Assembly: GCA_037969075.1 (NCBI GenBank)
Contig: JBBKWS010000010.1
Span: forward strand, 1 to 11,292
Direction: 5' to 3'
DNA from: Bdellovibrionales bacterium
GTDB taxonomy: Bacteria; Bdellovibrionota; Bdellovibrionia; Bdellovibrionales; UBA840
Length of the DNA stretch: 11,292 nt
Shown: in pieces, positions 1 to 11,292 of the stretch
How the letters are laid out: the number at the start of each line of letters is the position of its first letter
How positions within the stretch are numbered: position 1 is the first letter of the stretch
Translations under genes and position numbers: made by a program
Notes under the pieces: model-generated
The model's database searches: none
Told to the model about the DNA's origin: nothing
The model's input: only the letters and a program-made list of their open reading frames with translations

Positions 1-68
1 CGTTTTCCATTTTCTTGTAGTGAGAAAAAATCGGATTTGCGTCTTAAGCTGACGAGCTTATTTGCCAC
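1..68 (-). CDS. rnpA: Ribonuclease P protein component, 5' fragment (runs off the window)
   Basis: Manual translation from GTG at 68: [22 protein letters not shown](R), matching the RnpA N-terminal pattern L-R/K-x-x-x-D/E-F...G-K-R. It overlaps the rpmH 3' end by 11 nt in the canonical rpmH-rnpA order. Confidence 0.8.
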   Translation of the reverse strand, partial: MANKLVSLRRKSDFFSLQENGK

Positions 69-207
69 CGATAGATACCGTTAATCTCTTACGGCCTTTG
101 GCACGTCTACGGCTTAAAATCACTTGTCCGCTTTTTGTGGCCATTCTGGCGCGGAACCCGTGGGAAGTCTTTCTTCTTTTTTTACTCGGCTGATATGTAC
201 GCTTCAT
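58..207 (-). CDS. rpmH: 50S ribosomal protein L34 (49 aa)
   Basis: Manual translation: [49 protein letters not shown]. Has the L34 signatures [14 protein letters not shown] and RRRAKGR. SD AAGGAG at 214-219 (minus strand). Divergent from dnaA. Confidence 0.98.
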   Translation of the reverse strand: MKRTYQPSKKRRKTSHGFRARMATKSGQVILSRRRAKGRKRLTVSIGGK

Positions 208-301
208 AGCTAACTCCTTGATACGACTGCTTTAACGTCTTTTTGAAAACTTGTTCGCAAGTTGCGCAATAAAACATCATGCGTCCAACAAAGTCAAGAT
301 G

Positions 302-341
302 TTGAAAAGCCTTGAATAACTTGTTATATACCGCGTAGATT
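302..341 (+). promoter_or_regulatory. Candidate sigma70-type dnaA promoter(s) with degenerate DnaA boxes
   Basis: TTGAAA(302-307)-N17-TATATA(325-330) with TG at 322-323, or TTGAAT(312-317)-N18-TAGATT(336-341). Two-mismatch DnaA-box-like 9-mers at 311-319, 324-332 and 344-352. Confidence 0.35.
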
Positions 342-370
342 TCAGGGGATAAAGGGACTAAAAAATAGCC

Positions 371-1789
371 ATGATAGATGAAAAAAATACCATTTTAAGT
401 ACAGATGTAAGCTTTTGGGAGCAGATTAAGGGTAATTTAACCAAAAAGAACTCCGGTAATAAGCTGTTACAAACCTGGTTTGAGCCCACAACGCTCGTCA
501 ATACGGAGATGCGTGATAACGGCAAGTGCTTTTATTTGGGTGTTCCTAATGAGCTGCATAAATATTGGCTAGCCGAAAACTTCTTGGATAAGATTTTTGA
601 AGAAATTTCGCAGATTTACACTAAACCCTTTCAAGTTGACCTAATTGTTACGGGCCAAGAATTAAATTACAAAAAAGAAGATATTAAAGAGGATACTCAG
701 GCAGTTTTAATGGAGCAAATTAGTAGGTCTGATACTTCTAGCTCAAAAAGAAAGTCCTTTTTAAACAATGACTACCTATTTAATACATTTGTGGTTGGCC
801 GCAATAACGAATTTGCTCATGCAGCCTGTTATAATATCGCTGACAACCCGGGTAAATCCCCTGAATACAATCCTCTATTTATATGTGGACCTACGGGGAT
901 GGGTAAAACTCACCTATTAAATGCCGTTGGTAACCATATTAGTCAGCGCTTTCCTCAATTAAAAATTAGCTATTTTTCTGCTGAGAGATTCTTAAATGAG
1001 TGTATTTCAGCTATTCGTCATAAAGAGACCGATAAGTTTCGTAAGAACTACCGAGAAGGTTTCGATATTATGCTGGTCGACGACGTGCAAATATTAGGAC
1101 GAGGCGAATCTGTACAAGATGAGTTTTTCTATCTATTAGATGATTTTATTTCTAAGGGTAGGCAGGTTGTCGTCGCTTCAGATCGAATGCCAAAGGATAT
1201 CCAAGCTCTAGCTGACCGTATTCGTACGCGCTTAGAGTGGGGTGTAATTGCAGATATCCAAATGCCAGATTTTGAAACCAGAATGGCTATCCTTAGATAT
1301 AAGGCTGAACAGCGTGGAATCAAGCTTCCTGAAGAAGTGATAACCTATATTGCTAAAATATCTAAGCGATCTATCCGAGAGCTTGAAGGTAATCTTAATA
1401 AATTAAAAATGTACACTGAGCTCCAAGGCTTACCTATTAATAGTGATTTGGCTAAGCAGGTGTTATCTACCCACTCTAATGAGGGTTCTGTTTTGACTAT
1501 TCAGGATATCCAAAAGCTAGTGGCTGATCACTTTAATGTAAAACAATTAGATTTAAAAAGTACAAGTCGAAGTAAGCCTTTGGTAGTTGCAAGACAAGTT
1601 GCTATGTTTTTAATAAAGAATCATCTTGATAAATCATTGCAAGACATCGGCAGAGCCTTTGGCGGCAGAGATCATTCGACTGTTATAAATGCGCTCAGAA
1701 GAGTGCAAACTCAACAAGAGAAGAACTCAGATTTACGTAAAGATATCGAAGATTTAGAATCACGCATCCACAACCTAACAGGTGTGTGA
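371..1789 (+). CDS. dnaA: Chromosomal replication initiator protein DnaA
   Basis: YLFNTFVVGRNNEFA, YNPLFICGPTGMGKTHLL (Walker A), MLVDDVQ (Walker B), SDRMP, RIRTRLEWG (Arg finger), IRELEG (sensor II), and domain IV ARQVAMFL...IGRAFGGRDHSTV. Confidence 0.99.
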   Translation: MIDEKNTILSTDVSFWEQIKGNLTKKNSGNKLLQTWFEPTTLVNTEMRDNGKCFYLGVPNELHKYWLAENFLDKIFEEISQIYTKPFQVDLIVTGQELNYKKEDIKEDTQAVLMEQISRSDTSSSKRKSFLNNDYLFNTFVVGRNNEFAHAACYNIADNPGKSPEYNPLFICGPTGMGKTHLLNAVGNHISQRFPQLKISYFSAERFLNECISAIRHKETDKFRKNYREGFDIMLVDDVQILGRGESVQDEFFYLLDDFISKGRQVVVASDRMPKDIQALADRIRTRLEWGVIADIQMPDFETRMAILRYKAEQRGIKLPEEVITYIAKISKRSIRELEGNLNKLKMYTELQGLPINSDLAKQVLSTHSNEGSVLTIQDIQKLVADHFNVKQLDLKSTSRSKPLVVARQVAMFLIKNHLDKSLQDIGRAFGGRDHSTVINALRRVQTQQEKNSDLRKDIEDLESRIHNLTGV

Positions 1790-1913
1790 ATGTGCACTGT
1801 TGATTAGGGTGTGAATAAACTTGTGTTTAAAAATGTGAAGTGGTTTATACACAAATTCGTACCCCAATTAGTTAAGAGTTTTTAAGTAGGTTGTGAATAA
1901 GAATATTTAAGTA

Positions 1914-1926
1914 AAACAGTTAGTTA
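1914..1926 (+). promoter_or_regulatory. Candidate IHF binding site in oriC
   Basis: AAACAGTTAGTTA has one mismatch to WATCARNNNNTTR, has AT-rich sequence on its 5' side, and lies between the box cluster and the unwinding element. Confidence 0.4.
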
Positions 1927-1952
1927 GTAGGTTATACCAATTATCAACGCCC

Positions 1953-1967
1953 CTACTACTACTACTA
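1953..1967. repeat. DnaA-trio array (CTA x5; 3'-GAT-5' on the bottom strand)
   Basis: CTACTACTACTACTA lies directly after TTATCAACG-CCC and before TTTATATATATAAA, the same order as the Bacillus subtilis basal unwinding system. Confidence 0.85.
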
Positions 1968-2008
1968 GTTTATATATATAAAGAGTAATAGATATATAAG
2001 GGTGAAAT

Positions 2009-3127
2009 ATGAAGATACAAATCGATAAAGTAGAATTAATAAACATGCTAGCGAAGACACAGAATATTGTTGAAAAAAGAAACACTATGCCGGTATTGGT
2101 AAATGTTCTTTTAGAGGCAACAAAAGGTCAGCTAAAAATATTTGCAACAGATTTAGAAGTTAGTCTAACAGATTATACAGAAGCAGAAGTTTTAGAAGAA
2201 GGTAAAGTCGCAGTTAGTGCTAAAAGTTTATTTGATATTGTTAAAGAATTACCAGATACATTTATTACTCTATCTAAAAAAGAAAACAATTGGTTAGAAG
2301 TAAAACAAAATAAATCTGTTTTTAATATTGTAGGAATTGCTGCTGATGAGTACCCAATATTTCCTTCATACAGAACTACTGAATTTTCAAAAATTAATTC
2401 TGAAGTCTTAAAAGACATGATTGAAAAAACAATTTATTGTGTATCAAGTGATGAAACTAGATATCATCTAAACGGTGTATATTTTGAAAATAAAAAATCA
2501 GGAGCAAATACATCATACAGAATGGTTTCAACAGATGGACATAGATTGAGTTTGATTGATAAAATATCTGAAGGTAATGAAATAACCTCTAATTCAAACA
2601 CAGGTGTTATTATCCCTAGAAAAGGTTTAAATGAAATCCGTAAAACCTTAGATGTATCTGGCCAAGTTGAAATGGCAATAGAAGGTTCACAAATCATTAT
2701 TAAGAAAAATAATACTGTTTTAATGATTCGTTTAATTGAAGGTAAGTATCCCAACTATCAACCACTTATTCCACAATCATTAAAAAAGAAAATTCAAGTA
2801 CCTAAGGAGTTATTACTTTCTTGTTTGAAACGTGTATCTTTACTTTCAAATCAAAAATCAAAAGGTATAACTATGAATATTCAAAAAAATATTATGGAGA
2901 TATCTTCTAATAATCCAGATTTAGGTGATGCAAAAGAAGAAATCGAAATTACTTATTCAGGTGAGAATGTTAAAATAGGATTTAATGCTAAATACCTAAT
3001 CGATGTATTATCAAATATGGATACCGATGAAGTTGATATAGAATTAAATGATTTAACATCGCCTGCATTACTAAAACCTCATAACGACTCAAATTACAGA
3101 TGTGTAGTTATGCCAATGCGTTTTTAA
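2009..3127 (+). CDS. dnaN: DNA polymerase III beta sliding clamp
   Basis: 372 aa with KRNTMPVLVNVLL, ATDLE, DETRYHLNGVYF, STDGHRL, RLIEGKYPNY, IGFNAKYLID and a C-terminal VVMPMR. SD-like AAGGGTG upstream. Confidence 0.99.
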   Translation: MKIQIDKVELINMLAKTQNIVEKRNTMPVLVNVLLEATKGQLKIFATDLEVSLTDYTEAEVLEEGKVAVSAKSLFDIVKELPDTFITLSKKENNWLEVKQNKSVFNIVGIAADEYPIFPSYRTTEFSKINSEVLKDMIEKTIYCVSSDETRYHLNGVYFENKKSGANTSYRMVSTDGHRLSLIDKISEGNEITSNSNTGVIIPRKGLNEIRKTLDVSGQVEMAIEGSQIIIKKNNTVLMIRLIEGKYPNYQPLIPQSLKKKIQVPKELLLSCLKRVSLLSNQKSKGITMNIQKNIMEISSNNPDLGDAKEEIEITYSGENVKIGFNAKYLIDVLSNMDTDEVDIELNDLTSPALLKPHNDSNYRCVVMPMRF

Positions 3128-3132
3128 GTTGA

Positions 3133-6712
<3,580 letters not shown>

Positions 6713-6725
6713 TTGAGGAATTAAA

Positions 6726-9179
6726 ATGGAAAATACTCCTGTAAAAGAAAAATTGGGACACGTTGAAATTTCTAAAGAAATGAAAGAAGCGTACTTACAA
6801 TACTCCATGAGTGTAATTGTAGGAAGAGCACTGCCAGACGTAAGAGATGGTTTAAAGCCGGTTCATAGACGTGTGCTTTTTGCGATGAATGAACTGAGTA
6901 ATACGCACAACAAACCATATAAAAAATCTGCGCGTGTCGTCGGCGATACTATTGGTAAATACCATCCACACGGGGATACTGCTGTTTACGATACGATCGT
7001 TCGTATGGCTCAAGAATTTTCTTTAAGATATCCACTTGTAGACGGTCAGGGTAACTTTGGATCTATTGATGGTGATAGTGCAGCAGCAATGCGTTACACC
7101 GAAATTAGAATGAAGAAATTGGCCGAAGAGTTAATAGAAGACATCGAAAAAGATACAGTTAGTTTTAGTCCAAACTACGACGACTCACTTTTGATTCCAA
7201 ATGTATTACCAGCTAAATTTCCAAATCTTTTAGTTAACGGTTCAACTGGTATTGCTGTAGGAATGGCTACAAATATTCCGCCGCATAATTTAAAGGATAT
7301 TTGTGAAGCAGTAATATCAGTAATAAAAACACCAGAAATTTCAGACGATGAAATTATCGACATAGTTAAGGCTCCAGATTTTCCTACTCGTGGCATTATT
7401 GTGGGGAAAAAAGGTATTATTGAGGCATATAAAAAGGGCCGAGGAATTATTACCATTAAAGCTGTGGCTGAAATCGTTACTCTAAAAAATGATAGAGAAC
7501 AAATTATTGTATCTGAATTGCCGTTTCAAGTTAATAAAGCCAGGTTGATAGAAACGATGGCAGGCCTAGTAAACGATAAAAAAGTTGAAGGTATATCTGA
7601 TATTCGTGATGAATCATCACGCGAAGGTATTCGTGTAGTTATTGATGTTAAAAAGGCGGATAGTGCAAATGTAGTTTTAAACAGACTGTACAAATTTACA
7701 CAACTACAAGTTAGCTTTGGTATTATCATGCTTGCTCTTGATAACAAGGGGCGCCCGCAAGTTTATCGTCTAAAAGACATGTTAACAGCCTTTGCTGACC
7801 ATAGACGTGATGTTGTAACAAGACGTTGCATATTTGAACTTAAAAAAGCAGAAGAGAGAGCGCATATTTTAGAAGGTCTTAAGAATGCCTTAGACCAGAT
7901 CGATGCGGTCATTCAAACAATTAAAGCAAGTAAAGAGCCAGCGATTGCGCGTGCCGCTTTAATGACACAGTTTTCATTTTCTGAAAGACAGTCACAAGCC
8001 ATTCTAGAAATGCGCTTACAGCGTCTTACAGGCCTAGAAAAAGATAAAATCATCCAAGAGTTAAAAGACCTAATGGATAGAGTGAATTGGCTAAAAATGG
8101 TTCTTGGAAATGTTGAAGAAATTAATAAAATTATTATTCAAGAACTAGAAGAGATCGTTGCTAAATACGGTGATGAAAGACGTACTAAAATAGAAGCTGC
8201 AGAAGATGAGTCTATAGATGATGAAGATTTAATTACTAAAGAAGAAATGGTAGTTTGTCTTACCCAGACGGGCTACATCAAGCGAGTGCCTCTTCATGAA
8301 TACCGAGTTCAAAAACGTGGTGGTCGTGGTTTAATAGGCATGGAAACCAGAGAAGAAGACGTGGTAACAAGCATCTTCGTCGCCGATACTCATACAACAT
8401 TACTAGTGTTTACAGACCGTGGAAAAGTTTTCTGGGTAAAGGTACATAAGTTGCCAGCGGGTAGCAGGCAATTCAAAGGTAAGGCGATTAATAACGTAGT
8501 ACAACTTACTGCCAACGAAAAAGTTACAGCGATCTTGCCAGTAAAAGAATTTAAAGAAGGCCAAAACTTAGTTTTTGTTACCAAAAAAGGTATCATTAAA
8601 AAAACAGAAATCACGGCATACTCGCGACCAAAGCAAAATGGGATAATTGCTCTTTCAACAGATCTGGATGATAGCCTGATTGAAGTGAGAATTTCTACAG
8701 GTGAAAATGACATCTTCTTAGCAACAAGAGAGGGTATGTGTATTCGTTTTGACGAATCTAACGTAAGAGCCATGGGTAGAAGCGCTAGAGGCGTAAAGGG
8801 AATAACTCTTTCTGAAAATGACGAAGTAGTAGATATGAGTATTTTCACTAAAAATTCAAATCAAACAATTTTAGTAGTTACCAGCAAAGGTATCGGTAAG
8901 CGAGTTATTGTTAGCGAGTACAGAGCTCAAAGCCGTGGTGGTGTGGGCGTAATTACGCAAAAAACTGACGATGCTATTGGCTTAGTTGTTGGCGCAAGAA
9001 CGGTTACTGATGACGAGAAGTTGATTTTAACAAGTAACAGCGGGCAGTTAATACAAGTTGAATGTAAAGGTATTTCGACAATGGGAAGAAACACTAAAGG
9101 CGTTAGAATATTTAATGTCCGCGGTGATGAAGAGGTTGTTGATATGGCTGTTGTTAAAGAAAGTGAAGACGAAAAATAA
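6726..9179 (+). CDS. gyrA: DNA gyrase subunit A
   Basis: [25 protein letters not shown], catalytic AAMRYTE and GyrA-box QKRGGRG (so gyrase, not ParC), followed by beta-pinwheel repeats. SD GAGGA at 6715-6719. Confidence 0.99.
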   Translation: MENTPVKEKLGHVEISKEMKEAYLQYSMSVIVGRALPDVRDGLKPVHRRVLFAMNELSNTHNKPYKKSARVVGDTIGKYHPHGDTAVYDTIVRMAQEFSLRYPLVDGQGNFGSIDGDSAAAMRYTEIRMKKLAEELIEDIEKDTVSFSPNYDDSLLIPNVLPAKFPNLLVNGSTGIAVGMATNIPPHNLKDICEAVISVIKTPEISDDEIIDIVKAPDFPTRGIIVGKKGIIEAYKKGRGIITIKAVAEIVTLKNDREQIIVSELPFQVNKARLIETMAGLVNDKKVEGISDIRDESSREGIRVVIDVKKADSANVVLNRLYKFTQLQVSFGIIMLALDNKGRPQVYRLKDMLTAFADHRRDVVTRRCIFELKKAEERAHILEGLKNALDQIDAVIQTIKASKEPAIARAALMTQFSFSERQSQAILEMRLQRLTGLEKDKIIQELKDLMDRVNWLKMVLGNVEEINKIIIQELEEIVAKYGDERRTKIEAAEDESIDDEDLITKEEMVVCLTQTGYIKRVPLHEYRVQKRGGRGLIGMETREEDVVTSIFVADTHTTLLVFTDRGKVFWVKVHKLPAGSRQFKGKAINNVVQLTANEKVTAILPVKEFKEGQNLVFVTKKGIIKKTEITAYSRPKQNGIIALSTDLDDSLIEVRISTGENDIFLATREGMCIRFDESNVRAMGRSARGVKGITLSENDEVVDMSIFTKNSNQTILVVTSKGIGKRVIVSEYRAQSRGGVGVITQKTDDAIGLVVGARTVTDDEKLILTSNSGQLIQVECKGISTMGRNTKGVRIFNVRGDEEVVDMAVVKESEDEK

Positions 9180-9181
9180 AA

Positions 9182-9988
9182 ATGAAATACGCCGCTCTCC
9201 TTTTGCTTTTAGCCGCATGTAGCTTTTCCTCAGTAGATTTAGAGCTGAAGCGCGGTGAAGAAGCAGAAGAGAAGCAAAATTATATAGTCGCTGTTGAGCA
9301 TTACAAACGGGTTATTAAGCGAGAGCCTAAGTCTAACATAGCCCTTTACTCTTCTAAAAAAGTCGCGAACATAAGCATTATATACTTAGAAAACTTTCAA
9401 GACGCAATTTTTGCGTTCAATAATATAATACATTTTTCACCAAGCCTTGATGATCGCAGAAAAGCCATCGAACAGTTAGCTAAATTATATTATGAAAAGC
9501 TAAATAATTACGAATTTGCAATTGTTGAATTTCAACGCTACTTGTCGATGATAACTGAGGAAAGTAAAGTTTTAGAAATACGCTTTTTAATTGCGAAATC
9601 ATATTTTTATTTAAACAGAATGTTTCAAGCTAATGCAGAGCTAGATGAGATATTAAAATTAAAATCAAAAAACACACCTGAAATACAAGATTATGTATTT
9701 CAGGCCACAACTTTGAAAGCTAGTATATTGCATGCAGAAAAAAAATATGAAGAAGCAATCGAGATGTTTAATAAAATCATTGAGGACTACCCAAAGCTAG
9801 CACAAGACGAAAAAATCTGGCTCAATCTACTTATCTGCTTAGAAGATACAAAAAGGTTTTCTGAAGCAATCGAGCTTTTAGAGAGAGTGGATGTTACGGG
9901 CACTGAAAAGACGTTTGTTGAGCAAAAAATATTACGACTAAAAGAAAGAATGAAGTTAGAGCCTGGCGCAAAAGGCTTTAGAAGATGA
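9182..9988 (+). CDS. Tetratricopeptide-repeat lipoprotein, function unknown
   Basis: N-terminus MKYAALLLLLAA-C (lipobox LAAC, Cys13). Repeated TPR-like helices: NYIVAVEHYKRVIKREP, NFQDAIFAFNNIIHFSP, NYEFAIVEFQRYL, KYEEAIEMFNKIIEDYP, RFSEAIELLE. Confidence 0.85.
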   Translation: MKYAALLLLLAACSFSSVDLELKRGEEAEEKQNYIVAVEHYKRVIKREPKSNIALYSSKKVANISIIYLENFQDAIFAFNNIIHFSPSLDDRRKAIEQLAKLYYEKLNNYEFAIVEFQRYLSMITEESKVLEIRFLIAKSYFYLNRMFQANAELDEILKLKSKNTPEIQDYVFQATTLKASILHAEKKYEEAIEMFNKIIEDYPKLAQDEKIWLNLLICLEDTKRFSEAIELLERVDVTGTEKTFVEQKILRLKERMKLEPGAKGFRR

Positions 9989-10197
9989 AAAAAGGTAGTA
10001 TGGCAATTTACTTAGGAATTGCTTTTGAATTAACAGGTTTGATCATTATTTTTCTGCTAATTGGTCAGTTTTTTGATGAAAAATATACCTTAAATGGTAT
10101 TGGAGTAGCATCAGGAATTAGCCTGGCATTTATTTTTTGGGTCCTTCACCTAATAATTTTGGTAAAAAGATGGGAAAAACAGGATTTAGAACCCTAA
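9985..10197 (+). CDS. AtpZ/AtpI-family small two-TM protein (ATPase gene 1 type)
   Basis: 70 aa with two hydrophobic helices and the pattern GIAFEL...IGQFFDEKY (G-x-x-x-D-x-x-aromatic). It precedes atpI-atpB and has an ATGA overlap with the TPR gene. Confidence 0.75.
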   Translation: MKKGSMAIYLGIAFELTGLIIIFLLIGQFFDEKYTLNGIGVASGISLAFIFWVLHLIILVKRWEKQDLEP

Positions 10198-10541
10198 TTT
10201 ATGTTCACATATTAGGCGTATTTTTCATATCTGCTATTTTATATAGTCTTGGGTACGGGCAGGTTCTCTCATATGCATTTGGCGGACTAATCATCTCAAT
10301 TAATTTTTTTACATTGGCTATAGTGTTAAAAGCTATAAGTGGCGAAAAATCAGTTGCGTTTGCCTTACTGCTCGTTGTATTTAAGTATGCGATTTTAGGA
10401 TATATTATTTATTATTTAGTTGAGCAAAAGAGTTTGGATTTATTAGCCCTCTCTTTAGGACTGGGTAGCCTTGTTATTACAGGGCCTATAGCTGCAATAC
10501 TAATTACTAAACTAGCTAGAGGAACAAATGACTCACTTTAA
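10170..10541 (+). CDS. atpI: ATP synthase protein I-like membrane protein (about 4 TM)
   Basis: Four hydrophobic segments, including GGLIISINF and VVFKYAILG, immediately before atpB. The in-frame ATG at 10170 is preferred over TTG 10137; the start is uncertain. Confidence 0.7.
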   Translation: MGKTGFRTLIYVHILGVFFISAILYSLGYGQVLSYAFGGLIISINFFTLAIVLKAISGEKSVAFALLLVVFKYAILGYIIYYLVEQKSLDLLALSLGLGSLVITGPIAAILITKLARGTNDSL

Positions 10542-11223
10542 CTGGCTACAATTAATTGAATCTGTAGGACATCACTACATACACATTGCTACTGCACTTT
10601 TAGTGACAGTGATTTTAATTGTGTTTGCATTCGTTGCCAAAGTTCAACTTACAAAAGCACAAAAGACAAATAGCGCTCCCGCAGGAAAATTTTCTGTAAG
10701 AGGTGTGGCAGAGTTATTTACAGAAGTTGTAATTAACTTGAATGATATGGTTTTAGGCCCGCAACATCGTAAATATGTTCCGCTCTTTGGTGCGATCTTT
10801 TTATACATTTTATTTAATAACATAATGGGAATGATCCCTGGCATGACACCCGCCACGGATAACGTTAATACCACAGTGGCTGTGGGAATATTTTCTTTTT
10901 TAGCCTATAATTATTTCGGCTTAAAAGAGGGTGGATTTACTTATTTAAAACATTTTTTAGGTCCGGTGATATGGCTGGCATGGCTTATGCTACCATTGGA
11001 AATTGTTTCGCATCTTGTGCGGCCGATGTCACTGGGTCTGCGATTGATGGGTAATATGCAAGGTGATCATACCGTGATTGGTATCTTCTTGGAGCTAGCT
11101 CCTTGGGGTGTTCCAATTATTTTTTACGGTCTTGGTTTATTCGTGGGTATCATCCAGTCTTTCGTATTCACATTATTGTCTATGGTTTATTTAAGCATGG
11201 CCGTAGCACATGAAGAACATTAA
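10528..11223 (+). CDS. atpB: F0F1 ATP synthase subunit a
   Basis: NNIMGMIPG..PATDN, PLEIVSHLVRPMSLGLRLMGNM (essential Arg172) and IQSFVFTLLSMVY. SD AGAGGA at 10518-10523. Confidence 0.97.
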   Translation: MTHFNWLQLIESVGHHYIHIATALLVTVILIVFAFVAKVQLTKAQKTNSAPAGKFSVRGVAELFTEVVINLNDMVLGPQHRKYVPLFGAIFLYILFNNIMGMIPGMTPATDNVNTTVAVGIFSFLAYNYFGLKEGGFTYLKHFLGPVIWLAWLMLPLEIVSHLVRPMSLGLRLMGNMQGDHTVIGIFLELAPWGVPIIFYGLGLFVGIIQSFVFTLLSMVYLSMAVAHEEH

Positions 11224-11239
11224 GAAGGAGAAACTTAAT

Positions 11240-11292
11240 ATGAAAAACAAAATGCTTGTTCTTGCAGTTTTACTTGCCTCTTCACCAGCTCT
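11240..11292 (+). CDS. atpE: Probable ATP synthase subunit c, 5' fragment with signal-peptide-like leader
   Basis: Strong SD AAGGAG at 11225-11230 and ATG at 11240, giving MKNKMLVLAVLLASSPAL. Identity is inferred from its position after atpB; the diagnostic c-subunit motifs lie outside the window. Confidence 0.65.
   Translation, partial: MKNKMLVLAVLLASSPA

Larger units (their letters stand above)
1764..2000. other. Probable chromosomal replication origin (oriC) in the dnaA-dnaN intergenic region
   Basis: Perfect TTATNCACA boxes at 1810-1818(-), 1845-1853(+) and 1892-1900(-). Degenerate boxes at 1764-1772, 1785-1793, 1798-1806, 1822-1830, 1834-1842 and 1941-1949. These are followed by a C-rich tract, (CTA)5 and an AT-rich tract at 1969-1999. 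Confidence 0.9.

Noticed and set aside
1872..1885. TTAA-N6-TTAA resembling a CtrA box
   Set aside because: The CtrA consensus is TTAA-N7-TTAA, TTAA is common in AT-rich DNA, and nothing suggests an alphaproteobacterium.
1790..2008. Dam/SeqA-type GATC control of the origin
   Set aside because: There are no GATC sites in the intergenic origin region.
6950..7000. Thr at the GyrA Ser83-equivalent position (HGDTAVYD) as quinolone resistance
   Set aside because: Thr is the wild-type residue in many bacteria, such as Pseudomonas and Campylobacter.
10346..10390. Internal atpB promoter in atpI (AAAAATCAG-TTGCGT...TATTTA)
   Set aside because: The -10 match is poor and needs an 18-nt spacer, so it cannot be supported without TSS data.

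Overview
AT-rich bacterial chromosomal replication-origin region. On the minus strand are rpmH and the 5' end of rnpA, both missed by the ORF track. On the plus strand are dnaA, oriC, dnaN, recF, gyrB, gyrA, a TPR lipoprotein, an AtpZ/AtpI-type small protein, atpI, atpB and the start of a probable atpE. This gene order resembles the Bdellovibrio origin region as I recall it, so the source is probably a Bdellovibrionota-like organism (inference). I see no mobile elements, CRISPR arrays or RNA genes, and no clearly new multi-gene system. The most interesting items are: a readable oriC (12-bp-phased DnaA boxes, IHF-like site, box/GC tract/5x CTA DnaA-trios/AT tract), a second group of DnaA boxes inside recF, divergent ssDNA-binding residues in DnaA, and an uncharacterised TPR lipoprotein bridging gyrase to the Fo genes without intergenic space.
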